This document shows positions 28,061 through 36,472 of a stretch of 64,000 nt of DNA, piece after piece; within the stretch, counting starts at the first letter, position 1, and every line of letters begins with the position of its first letter. The position numbers and the translations under genes were made by a program. Source of the stretch: Candidatus Omnitrophota bacterium (lineage in GTDB: Bacteria > Omnitrophota > Gorgyraeia > 1-14-0-20-64-10); contig JAMWCF010000001.1 in NCBI GenBank assembly GCA_023818695.1, positions 595,306 through 659,305 of the forward strand, in the 5' to 3' direction. Below the pieces are notes generated by a model, which was not told where the DNA came from, did not search any database, and saw nothing but the letters and a program-made list of their open reading frames with translations.

Positions 28061-29107
28061 TTAAGAACTGGATGCTTCGCTGGGAATGATGTGCGATACG
28101 GACAGGGCGGTCTGCGCCAAACCGATCAGCTTGCGCAGCAGCTCAACGTCCTCCACAGAGAAGGAGGTGGCCTCCCTCGTGCTTCTCAAGTTCAGAACGC
28201 CGACCAGGTGATCGCCGGAGCCGTGGGAGAAGGGGGCCACTAGAGAAGAGGTCAGCTCGGGCCGCCTCATCCGGCTGGAGATCTGCGGATCGGTTTCCTG
28301 GCGGCCGACGAGAAGGATCTCTTTCCTTTCCAAAGCCAATCCCGCCATGCTCCCGAAGGAGGAGAAAGCCCCAACCCGGACTACCTCCTCCGGCAGCCCG
28401 GAGGCCGCCGCGATCCGGAACATCCTCTTTTTATCATCGTAGAGGAGGATCGACCCACCCTCCGCGTGCGTCGCCGCGCAGGCGACATCGAGGAAAGCAT
28501 TCCAGAGGCGTCCTCCGTAATGCTTTAGGATCACCTGGTCCACCTGCCCGAAAGGAAGGATCCCCTTGAGCTGGTTGGCCTGGTAGGCCATCTCCAGCAG
28601 GGAGTTGCCCATCTCCTCCAGCATGGAGAGGACCGCCTTGAAGGTGGTGTAGGTGTACGCCTTGAGGGTCAACAGGAGCTCCCAGACCGGCGCGGGATCC
28701 ACACCCATCTGGACCGCTCTCTGCCGGAACGACTCCGCGCTTTCCCTCGGACCCAGAACAACGGGACCGATCACCAGGTATCCCACGATCCAATTTGCCG
28801 AGGCCCGCAGGGGGATGGCAGCAAATGAAAAACCGAGGGGCCTGGTGGTGGCGGTGGTCATCTGCGGGAGGATTTCAGCGGAGGGAAACAGTTCCTCCAT
28901 CTCATCGCCGATTTGCAGAAGTTCGACCATCCGGGAAGCGTCTATCCCGGCTGGCCAGGAGGGATCGACGAGATGCATTTTGGAAACCGACAGAGTCCGA
29001 ATCCCCACCCCCAGAACCCGTGAGAAATGGGACTGCAGCCGATGCCAGCGGTCGGGCGGGATCAGCTCCAAAAGTTCGGGCCGACGCTCCTGCTCGTATG
29101 AGGTCAT
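28061..29107 (-). CDS. Sensor protein with PocR-like N-terminal domain and C-terminal GAF domain, no output domain
   Basis: 348 aa. The N-terminal half resembles PocR-type ligand-binding domains (FAAIPLRASANWIVGYLVIGPVVL). The C-terminal half is GAF-like (GGSILLYDDKKRMFRIAAASGLP...LVAPFSHGSGDHLVGVLNL). It is the third gene of the kinase/activator operon. Confidence 0.7.
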   Translation of the reverse strand: MTSYEQERRPELLELIPPDRWHRLQSHFSRVLGVGIRTLSVSKMHLVDPSWPAGIDASRMVELLQIGDEMEELFPSAEILPQMTTATTRPLGFSFAAIPLRASANWIVGYLVIGPVVLGPRESAESFRQRAVQMGVDPAPVWELLLTLKAYTYTTFKAVLSMLEEMGNSLLEMAYQANQLKGILPFGQVDQVILKHYGGRLWNAFLDVACAATHAEGGSILLYDDKKRMFRIAAASGLPEEVVRVGAFSSFGSMAGLALERKEILLVGRQETDPQISSRMRRPELTSSLVAPFSHGSGDHLVGVLNLRSTREATSFSVEDVELLRKLIGLAQTALSVSHIIPSEASSS

Positions 29108-29136
29108 AGAAAAAATTTTAGTTGTAGAATCAATCG

Positions 29137-30528
29137 TTAAAAATTCGACCGGAGACGGTCTGGGTCAATCGAAAACCGCTTCAGTTTGTGGTACAAAGTC
29201 GCCCGGTGAATGCCCAGCCTTTTGGCGGCAAGAGACCGGTTGTAGCCGCATTCCTTCAAGACCTTCATGATGATCTCCCGCTCCGGGTCCCGAAGTGCCT
29301 CCTTCAGGGTGGACGGGTCATCGCCATTTTCGGCCTGCGGCGCCGGCTCCTGTGACAGATGGGGAGGCTCCCCCCGCCGGATCGTGTCCGGCAGGTCCTC
29401 CACATCGACAAAGGTTTTTTGATTCATGACGATCGCCCGCTCGATGGCGTTTTCCAGCTCGCGGACATTGCCCGGCCAGGGATACCGCCTCAAGAGATCC
29501 AAAGCGGCTGGCGTCACGCTGTCCATCGTTCTTCCCATCTGGGTGGAAATCTTTTTGAGGAAATGCTCCACGAGGATGGGAACGTCGCTGGCCCTCTCCC
29601 GCAAGGGGGGAATGTGGAGTGAAATAACGTTGAGACGGTGATAAAGGTCTTCCCTGAATTTCCCTTCCTTTACAAAGGCATCCAGATTCCGGTTGGTCGC
29701 CGCAATGATCCGGACATCGACCCGGATGGTCCTGTTGTCTCCCACCCGCTCAAATGTCCGGTCCTGAATGACCCGCAGGACTTTGACCTGCATGGCCGGC
29801 GAAAAGGTATCAACCTCATCCAGCAGAATGGTCCCGCCGTCCGCGACCTCGAAACGGCCCTCCTTGTCCCGGATGGCGCCGGTGAAAGATCCCCGGACGT
29901 GACCGAAAAGCTCGCTTTCCAAAAGGGTCTCCGGCAGAGCCCCGCAGCTGACTTCCACAAACGGGTTCTTGCATCTCTTCGGGTCGGCCCGGTGGATCGC
30001 GTGGGCGATCACTCTTTTGCCGGTCCCGCTTTCGCCCCTTAACAGAACGGTGGCCGGACTTTGGGCGATGAGCGTGATCTTTCTGCGGAGATCCTCCATG
30101 GAAGCGTGGTGTCCGACGATCGCGGAGAACGGGTCGGCGGCCGCCGGCTCGTCGTAGGAGGTGGTCGTCGCCAGCGCCCGCTGAACCGTGGCCTCGAGCT
30201 GTTCCGTCTGAATCGGCTTTGTCAGGAAATCGAAGGCGCCGTTGCGGAACGCCCCGACCGCCGTGTCCAGATTGCCGAAGCCGGTGATCAAAACAACGTT
30301 GATATCAGGATACCTGTTTTTGATGTGCTCCAGCAGGCTCAGGCCGTCCACCTGCGGCATCTTCAGGTCGGTCAGAACCAGCTGAAACTTGCCTCCCTTA
30401 AGCTGCTCCATCGCTTCGGTCCCGTCCGAGGCGACCTCGACGTTGAAGCGCATCTCCTTAAGCTGCTCATAGAGAGAACCCCGGATCAGCGGGTCATCAT
30501 CGACGACAAGGATGCGGTTTCTTTCCAT
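29137..30528 (-). CDS. Sigma-54-dependent response regulator (NtrC family; PrsR-like by context)
   Basis: REC domain (ILVVDDDP...LVLTDLKMP) and AAA+ domain with Walker A GESGTGK. The sigma-54 contact loop is the GSFTGA variant of GAFTGA. A C-terminal Fis-type HTH is present (LAAKRLGIHRATLYHKLKRF). The start is taken at the ATG at 30528. Confidence 0.93.
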   Translation of the reverse strand: MERNRILVVDDDPLIRGSLYEQLKEMRFNVEVASDGTEAMEQLKGGKFQLVLTDLKMPQVDGLSLLEHIKNRYPDINVVLITGFGNLDTAVGAFRNGAFDFLTKPIQTEQLEATVQRALATTTSYDEPAAADPFSAIVGHHASMEDLRRKITLIAQSPATVLLRGESGTGKRVIAHAIHRADPKRCKNPFVEVSCGALPETLLESELFGHVRGSFTGAIRDKEGRFEVADGGTILLDEVDTFSPAMQVKVLRVIQDRTFERVGDNRTIRVDVRIIAATNRNLDAFVKEGKFREDLYHRLNVISLHIPPLRERASDVPILVEHFLKKISTQMGRTMDSVTPAALDLLRRYPWPGNVRELENAIERAIVMNQKTFVDVEDLPDTIRRGEPPHLSQEPAPQAENGDDPSTLKEALRDPEREIIMKVLKECGYNRSLAAKRLGIHRATLYHKLKRFSIDPDRLRSNF

Positions 30529-30532
30529 TGGA

Positions 30533-31699
30533 TCAATCCCCCTTCTCTTCCTGCCCCGCCGTGGGGACATGAATCCGGAATGTGGTCCCAATGCCCGTTT
30601 GACTTGTAAAATCGATGCTGCCGCCGGAGCGCTCCACGGCCTCCTTGGCGATGATCAGCCCCAGACCGTTTCCCTGGTGAGGCGGCTTTGTGGAAAAGAA
30701 CGGTTCGAAAAGGCGGGACCGCACCTCCTCCGGGATGCCGCAACCGGTGTCCTGAATGAGCACATCTACGTGGGCGTTTTCGCAGCGGGTCGCCACCGTG
30801 AGCGTGCCGCCGGTGGGCATGGCGTCGAAGGAATTTTTGATCAGGTTCATCACGGCGTGCTGCAAACCGGCATCCATCACCGGCGGCAGTTTTTCCTGGA
30901 AGTCCTTGATCACCTCCACCTGCTGAAACTTGCTGCGGTGACGGAACAGCAGCAACGCGTCTTCGATCAGACGGTTGAGGTCGGCCAGACGACCGGTCGT
31001 TGAGGAGGTTTGGCGGGCGATTTCAAGGAAGGCGGTCGCCGCCCGGACCATCCGGTCAAGCCCCTCCTTCACATGAAGAATGTACTCTCTTTCGGGAGCA
31101 TCCTCCGGCATCTTCTCCAGAGCCAGGTGCGTATACCGGAGAACCCCGTCCAGGGGGTTGTTCAGCTCATGGGCGATCCCTCGGGCGATCTTGCCGATCG
31201 AGGCCCGGTACTCGGTTTGGCGCAGCTGTTTCTTGAGACGGACCATCTCGGAAATATCACACAGCGAGATCACCAGGGTCTGCCGGCCGATCTCATCCTC
31301 CGGCGTTGCCCGGACGCAGAACCGGACCCATTTTTCCTTCTCGATGTTGAGATCGAACTCCACCAGGTCTTCGGCGGGAGGGCTGGTGATGAGGCAGGAA
31401 AAGCTCTTGGCGAACTCGGTGTTCTTAAAGAAGGGCATCGCCTCAAAGAGGGTCTGCTGGGCGACCTGGTCCTTCTCCAGGCCAAGGAGCTTCAGGGCGG
31501 CCGGATTCACCGCGCAGATGATCGCCTTCTGGTCGACCACAAGACAGCCGCACGGGAACGTATCGACGATCTGCTCCCAGGTCTTTACGTCGTTGACAGT
31601 TATGCCGTCGATTTCCATGGAAGAAAGGCCGTGAAGGGCGTCGTCCTTTTTCGACACACGGGAAACCTCTTTTCTAATACTTTTGACGAACGGTGTCAA
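30533..31699 (-). CDS. Soluble PAS-domain sensor histidine kinase
   Basis: No TM segments. It has a PAS-like N-terminal region, the HisKA H-box IAHELNNPL and HATPase_c blocks (NLIKNSFDAM, DTGCGIP, GNGLGL). The start is TTG at 31699, preceded by AAGGAG. Confidence 0.9.
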   Translation of the reverse strand: MTPFVKSIRKEVSRVSKKDDALHGLSSMEIDGITVNDVKTWEQIVDTFPCGCLVVDQKAIICAVNPAALKLLGLEKDQVAQQTLFEAMPFFKNTEFAKSFSCLITSPPAEDLVEFDLNIEKEKWVRFCVRATPEDEIGRQTLVISLCDISEMVRLKKQLRQTEYRASIGKIARGIAHELNNPLDGVLRYTHLALEKMPEDAPEREYILHVKEGLDRMVRAATAFLEIARQTSSTTGRLADLNRLIEDALLLFRHRSKFQQVEVIKDFQEKLPPVMDAGLQHAVMNLIKNSFDAMPTGGTLTVATRCENAHVDVLIQDTGCGIPEEVRSRLFEPFFSTKPPHQGNGLGLIIAKEAVERSGGSIDFTSQTGIGTTFRIHVPTAGQEEKGD

Positions 31700-31739
31700 G
31701 GGAAATCTCCTTTTCCCCTTCCCGATGCGTTATAGGTGA

Positions 31740-31768
31740 AGTATAGTCACGCCAAGGGGTAAAATCAA
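31740..31768 (-). promoter_or_regulatory. Candidate sigma-70 promoter TTGATT-17-TATACT for the kinase/activator/GAF operon
   Basis: The minus strand reads TTGATT (31768-31763), a 17-nt spacer, then TATACT (31745-31740). The -10 hexamer ends 40 nt upstream of the TTG start. Confidence 0.45.
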
Positions 31769-31805
31769 GGCGAAATCTAGATTTAATAACGACTAATCGC
31801 CGGCC

Positions 31806-32429
31806 TCAACTGACGATCTGAAGCTGTGCAAGCGCTGCTAAAAAGCGGTTGAGACGATCCTGGCTCTTGATCGGATCTTCCCTGGACGTGGAGATCCTCA
31901 CCAGCGTCCCGTACATCGATCTGCCTTTCAGGAGGTCGGAAAAAAGCCACCATTGCTGCTGATAATAATTCGGAGTCACACGCCCGTTGGCCGTGAACCA
32001 GTACCAGGTTTCATACTCTTTCCCCTCCTGGGCGATGACCAACCGCATCAGCCGCTGCCGGCGCCCTCCCAGCTCTACGGTCATCGGACCCCGCTGCCTG
32101 ATTTCAAAGTCGGCCCCCGCGAAACAGATCTCCGGAGGATGGAAAGCAGCCCTGTTTTTGCCGAACCCGCCGACCCGGGCGAACAGAACGGCCGGCTCCT
32201 CCGGTACAGCGTACTCGACCAGAGTCACATCTTTGGTCTCCAGTATTTCGTAGGTCCTGGCATCCACGCCGACAGGGGTCCCCTTCCATTCGCCGATCGA
32301 TTCCGGCAGGGGGGAAGCGGCAACCACCTGCCCTTGGCTGTTCGCGTTATTGGCGGCCCACACGAGGCCAGCCGCCGACACCATGACCAGGAAAGCTATC
32401 GGTGAAGGACGAAAGAGGGCAGAGACCAT
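31806..32429 (-). CDS. epsI: EpsI-family exosortase-associated protein
   Basis: The internal ATG at 32429 gives 207 aa with an N-terminal TM helix. EWKG...HPPEICFAGADFE and WYWF blocks are typical of EpsI. It lies immediately downstream of the exosortase. Confidence 0.75.
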   Translation of the reverse strand: MVSALFRPSPIAFLVMVSAAGLVWAANNANSQGQVVAASPLPESIGEWKGTPVGVDARTYEILETKDVTLVEYAVPEEPAVLFARVGGFGKNRAAFHPPEICFAGADFEIRQRGPMTVELGGRRQRLMRLVIAQEGKEYETWYWFTANGRVTPNYYQQQWWLFSDLLKGRSMYGTLVRISTSREDPIKSQDRLNRFLAALAQLQIVS

Positions 32430-33268
32430 TTTTCCATCGCCTTGCTCAACCAGGCCAAAGCCGCCAAAGCCACGCCGAACACTACGAACCCGGAACCGTA
32501 ATGAATGAAACTCTCGGCAATGTATGGGCCGTAAATCGCCGAGAGAAGAACCAGCGCGATAATCCGGATCATGTTGGCCCCCAACGCAATCGGGATGGAA
32601 GCCACCACGATCGCCGCCTTTTTCCAGCGCTGGGAACCGGCCGGCAGAAGGGCCGTCCACAGCGTGGAGAGGGCGATCAGGCTGATCAAGGACCGCAGGC
32701 CACTGCAGGTGTCATCCACGATAACCGAGACTCCCGGGACATGGAGCATGGAGCCAGCTTGGGCCACCGGAATGCCCATCATCCGGATCACGCCGGCCGC
32801 CATCGAGGCAGCCAGGATCTTCATCCGGAAGCTCAAAGCGATCAGCGTGACGCCAGGCAAAGGAACCATGAAAAGGAGAAACAGCAATGGGAACCGCAAT
32901 TCCCACAGCATCCGGCGACCGCAGAGGACCCATACCAGCCCATACAGGGCCGCCAGCATCGCGAAGCCGGAAACCACGCCGATCGAAAGCAGCGTGGCGG
33001 CCAGGTGCACCACCACCGCGGGCACCAGCAGGAACAGACCCGCGAAACTGGGAGCACGCGGAATGTTTTTCAACTGTTCACGCCGGCGCCATACCAGCCA
33101 GATGCTGGCGAAGGGGATCAGCCACCCGTGGGAATAGAAGGAATCGGCCGACTCGAAACGCTCGGCCATCCACAGGAAGGTGGGCCAAAAAAGGAAGAGG
33201 AACAGGCCGGCCCACAACGGCCAGACGATGAAACGGCCCGGTGCTGTGGTCCCGCCAAGGAAGCTCAT
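32396..33268 (-). CDS. Exosortase (EpsH/Xrt family transpeptidase)
   Basis: 290-aa polytopic protein with the exosortase catalytic block DDTCSGLRSLISL and conserved Arg/His context. An ATGA overlap links it to the upstream TPR gene. Confidence 0.88.
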   Translation of the reverse strand: MSFLGGTTAPGRFIVWPLWAGLFLFLFWPTFLWMAERFESADSFYSHGWLIPFASIWLVWRRREQLKNIPRAPSFAGLFLLVPAVVVHLAATLLSIGVVSGFAMLAALYGLVWVLCGRRMLWELRFPLLFLLFMVPLPGVTLIALSFRMKILAASMAAGVIRMMGIPVAQAGSMLHVPGVSVIVDDTCSGLRSLISLIALSTLWTALLPAGSQRWKKAAIVVASIPIALGANMIRIIALVLLSAIYGPYIAESFIHYGSGFVVFGVALAALAWLSKAMEKWSLPSFVLHR

Positions 33269-34176
33269 CGAACCCCCGGAGCTGCTCCCTGCGGCGTGGA
33301 AGTCGTATTGGCGCCGCCCTGCGCCGGCGGCGTTTCAGGTTTTTTGAGCTGGTCCATCTGATATTGGGCCACTTTCACGAATGGATGTTTCGGAAATTCG
33401 TTGATCAGCCGCGAGAAGGCGGCAGCCGCCTTTTCCGGGTTGTCCAGGTTTTTCTGGTAAATCTTCCCCAGATTCAGAAGGGCGAAGGGTTTATCGATCC
33501 CCTTGACCTTTGAATTGGTCAGCTCTTCCAAAACGCTCACCGCTTCCTGCCACCGGTGAAGCTGCTGATAGGCCGCCGCCAAATACTGCTTGACCTGGAA
33601 TTCGATCTCCTTGGACGGCGCGTTGAGGATCAGTTTTTTGTAGTGGCTGACCGCCCCCTCGTAGGCCCGCAGGGCTTCGGAAGATTCCTTGCGCTTCTCA
33701 TACACCGCCGCGATGTAGAGGGGAGACTGAAGACCCAAAAGCGTCCAGGGATGATACTCGGCAAGATCCTTGTAGGCCTTGACGGCATCATCCCACTGGT
33801 CCTGCGCCTCATACGATTTGGCGATCGCCATCCTGGCACTCATGCACAGCTGGGAAAACCGGTGGTAATCCTGTAGGACGAGCCGGTACTTTTCCCGCGC
33901 CCTCTCATGCTTCTTCTGAAATTCATAGAGAGAGCCGATCGACAGCTGCGCCCGCCCCGACCACTCGGTCCCCGGCAATTGGGTGATCAGCTTGTTGTAA
34001 GCGTCGATCCCCTTCGCGTACTGCTCCGGCGTCGCTTTAGCTGGATCTTTGAAGATCGGGGCGCTGACCTTCTGGGCCTTCCAGAAAAGCCGCTCGCCGT
34101 TATACTGCTCACTGCACCCCGACAGCGCCGCTATGGAAAAGATAACAAGTGTCCCAACAAAATTCTTAAGCAACAA
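33265..34176 (-). CDS. TPR-repeat lipoprotein (short PrsT-like)
   Basis: Canonical lipobox AALSGC after a signal peptide, followed by multiple TPR-like repeats. The TTG start at 34176 is preceded by AAGGAGG. Confidence 0.8.
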   Translation of the reverse strand: MLLKNFVGTLVIFSIAALSGCSEQYNGERLFWKAQKVSAPIFKDPAKATPEQYAKGIDAYNKLITQLPGTEWSGRAQLSIGSLYEFQKKHERAREKYRLVLQDYHRFSQLCMSARMAIAKSYEAQDQWDDAVKAYKDLAEYHPWTLLGLQSPLYIAAVYEKRKESSEALRAYEGAVSHYKKLILNAPSKEIEFQVKQYLAAAYQQLHRWQEAVSVLEELTNSKVKGIDKPFALLNLGKIYQKNLDNPEKAAAAFSRLINEFPKHPFVKVAQYQMDQLKKPETPPAQGGANTTSTPQGAAPGVR

Positions 34177-35077
34177 CGGTTCCCTCCTTTGCGCTGCGTC
34201 CCATCCATTGAGATGGCACCCGCTCCGTTGCCTGCGGCGCGGACAACCCTTCCGGCCGGTGAAGACACCAGAGGTGGGCGATGCTCACCGTCAGCAAAGC
34301 ATCTACCGTCATCCACATCAAAAGACGGATTCCCGTCAGAAGAAAAGCGATTTCAGGCGTTGAACCGATGACCCACTGGGTGACCCTCCCTTCCGGCAGA
34401 AGGAAGGCGAAAAGGAACAAAGGGGCGGTGAAAACGATCACTGCGGAGAGGGTACTCAAAGGGAAACGGATCGACTCCTTGATGCCTCGGAGGATCGCCT
34501 TCCACCAGCTCAATCCTTCGAAAACCGCCGCCGGGATCGCGTAAACGAACAACCACTGAATCAGAACGGCAAAACAGATCGGATGCCAGACAGCCAGTTT
34601 CCCGCTCGGAATGACCTTCAGCAGAGCTTCCAGGGCGCCCCGCCCCACGCTCCACAAGATGAGCCAGATCAGGGCAACGGTGATATACCGGACCTTTTTG
34701 CCCGCCAGCGCTTCCCTCAAGGAAAGCGGCTTGGCCTGATGAGTTTGCCGAACCATCTCACAAGCGACACCCGACAAAAAGGCGCCTGCCAGCACGGAAG
34801 CAACCACGTGGGTATGTTTCGTGACGTAATAGATAAACCACATGTGCCAGGGGTAATGGAGGACCCTGTCGCTGTAAAAATACCGGACCGGCGGGGCCAG
34901 AAGGGTTGAAAAAGGAGGGTGCGGGGCCAGCCACACCAGCCCGACCAGCGCTATTTCAACAAAAAGCGCCATGATAAAAGGGAGCCACAGCTTTTGGGCG
35001 GGGCCGAAAATCTGGAAAGTTCTTCCCCACATCTGCAGCCATTCCTGAAATCTTTTCACAATGGATATATTGGCCAC
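34166..35077 (-). CDS. Polytopic membrane protein of unknown function in the exosortase operon
   Basis: 303 aa with at least 6 hydrophobic segments. I recognise no family. The start is GTG at 35077, 30 nt after the mini PEP-CTERM gene stop. Confidence 0.6.
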   Translation of the reverse strand: MANISIVKRFQEWLQMWGRTFQIFGPAQKLWLPFIMALFVEIALVGLVWLAPHPPFSTLLAPPVRYFYSDRVLHYPWHMWFIYYVTKHTHVVASVLAGAFLSGVACEMVRQTHQAKPLSLREALAGKKVRYITVALIWLILWSVGRGALEALLKVIPSGKLAVWHPICFAVLIQWLFVYAIPAAVFEGLSWWKAILRGIKESIRFPLSTLSAVIVFTAPLFLFAFLLPEGRVTQWVIGSTPEIAFLLTGIRLLMWMTVDALLTVSIAHLWCLHRPEGLSAPQATERVPSQWMGRSAKEGTVVA

Positions 35078-35107
35078 GGCTGTTTTCTTATCCTTTTCCC
35101 TGCGGGT

Positions 35108-35416
35108 CTACGATTTCGATTCTGTTTTCCGGGCGCGCCGGCGCGCGAACGCCAACCCTGCCGCCCCCGCTCCGAAAAGGGCCATGCTAGCCGGTTCCGG
35201 ATTGTGCACAACAGGATTGCCCCCCACGGTGGTGGAGCCGGATGACCCGGACCCGCCGAATCCGCTTCCACTGGAAGAAAAAGAGGAGGAGCCTCCTCCG
35301 AAAAATCCAAAGAAGTCGGTGAACCCGCTGCCACCGCCACTTCCACCGCAACCGGAGGTCAAAAAGATGGACGATCCAACTAATACCATTGATAAAAACG
35401 TTTTCTTCTTCTTCAT
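35108..35416 (-). CDS. Mini PEP-CTERM protein (102 aa), Gly/Ser/Phe-rich, with lipobox-like signal peptide
   Basis: MKKKKTFLSMVLVGSSIFLTSGC is followed by GGSGGGSGFTDFFGFFGGGSSSFSSSGSGFGGSGSSGS. The sequence ends with PEPASMALFGAGAAGLAFARRRARK (PEP motif, TM helix, basic tail). A GGAAGG/GGGAGGG RBS lies upstream. Confidence 0.8.
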   Translation of the reverse strand: MKKKKTFLSMVLVGSSIFLTSGCGGSGGGSGFTDFFGFFGGGSSSFSSSGSGFGGSGSSGSTTVGGNPVVHNPEPASMALFGAGAAGLAFARRRARKTESKS

Positions 35417-35482
35417 TCTGCCTTCCTACCCTCCCTTAACGAATAAATCCAGTTCCTTTAATCTATGACTGTATAGATATTT

Positions 35483-35500
35483 AAGCAGAATGCGTACCAA
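35483..35500 (-). promoter_or_regulatory. Sigma-54 (-24/-12) promoter of the exosortase operon
   Basis: The minus strand reads TTGGTACGCATTCTGCTT. GG and GC have exact consensus spacing, and the element ends 66 nt upstream of the ATG at 35416. Confidence 0.6.
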
Positions 35501-35670
35501 ATGACGTATCTTCTTGACGCCTGTCTATATTTTTTAACTTGTTTATTATAAGTCAGTTACAATTACCTATTCGCCTGTGTGCCGACTCTGAAAAATCATT
35601 AACCTCTGTTAAACTGTCTCATCTTAAATTATTGTTGCATTTTATATACATTTTTGTCTATTTAAGTTAA

Positions 35671-35711
35671 CAAAAAATAGGACGGCCCTCCTTCTACAAG
35701 GAGAGCCGTCC
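35671..35711 (-). terminator. Rho-independent terminator after the 227-aa PEP-CTERM gene
   Basis: The minus strand reads GGACGGCTCTCCTT-GTAG-AAGGAGGGCCGTCC, a 14-bp stem with one G-U pair. It is followed by TATTTTTTG and lies 33 nt after the stop. Confidence 0.7.
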
Positions 35712-35744
35712 CACTGGGGTTACACTAAATAAGCTTCGAGATGA

Positions 35745-36428
35745 TTACTTCCGGCAAAACCGGCGAAAGCCGGCAGCCGCCATGCCGAAGCCGAGCAACA
35801 GCATGGAACCCGGTTCCGGGATCACTCCGATGAAGCCCTGGTCCGGAATGAAATCATCGGGTTCAAAACCTCTGTTATCCAGTTTGGCAAAACCCTGCGC
35901 TCCGGGGAATGGGGCCAGGTACAACGGCAGGAAGGTCGCAGGCGCGTAAACCTCGATCACCGATCCCAACGCGCCGGCGCCACCACCGACAATGGCGCCG
36001 CTTCCATCCCGGATAACCACCGTGCCCAAACCACCCTCATTGAAATTAATGATCCGGTCATCGGTGCTCGTCAAGGCACTGTCCCCGTCAAAATCGATGG
36101 CGAAGACAAAAAGCGACTCCTCACCCGGCAAAGAGCCAGGCCCGCCGGCAAAGGTCGGTGGAGCGTAGGTGGTCATCAGGAAATAGAGCCCGTCGTCGCT
36201 CGGGTCTCCACCGAACTCATCCTCCACCCTTAACGAGGAGATGTCCCACGGATCGCTGATATTCAGCAACGGGTTGACATTGAATTCGTTGGGATCGCCC
36301 GCCGCGATGATGAAGGAATCCCATTCCGTTCCCGTAATCACGCCATCCACGACCGGCACAGCGGAGGCGGTGCCCGCGAAGGCAACCAATCCCATCGCTA
36401 ACGCCGAAAACAGTACAAACTTTTTCAT
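35745..36428 (-). CDS. PEP-CTERM domain secreted protein (227 aa)
   Basis: Signal peptide MKKFVLFSALAMGLVAFAGTASA and C-terminus IPEPGSMLLLGFGMAAAGFRRFCRK. Confidence 0.85.
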   Translation of the reverse strand: MKKFVLFSALAMGLVAFAGTASAVPVVDGVITGTEWDSFIIAAGDPNEFNVNPLLNISDPWDISSLRVEDEFGGDPSDDGLYFLMTTYAPPTFAGGPGSLPGEESLFVFAIDFDGDSALTSTDDRIINFNEGGLGTVVIRDGSGAIVGGGAGALGSVIEVYAPATFLPLYLAPFPGAQGFAKLDNRGFEPDDFIPDQGFIGVIPEPGSMLLLGFGMAAAGFRRFCRK

Positions 36429-36472
36429 TTTTCCATTTCTCCTTATCTAGTGTTCCCCATTAAAACGATATA

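Noticed and set aside
35573-35590. A second -24-like GGCAC (CGGCACACAGGCG on the minus strand) in the AT-rich gap.
   Set aside because: There is no GC dinucleotide at the required -12 distance. The properly spaced element at 35483-35500 is a much better candidate.
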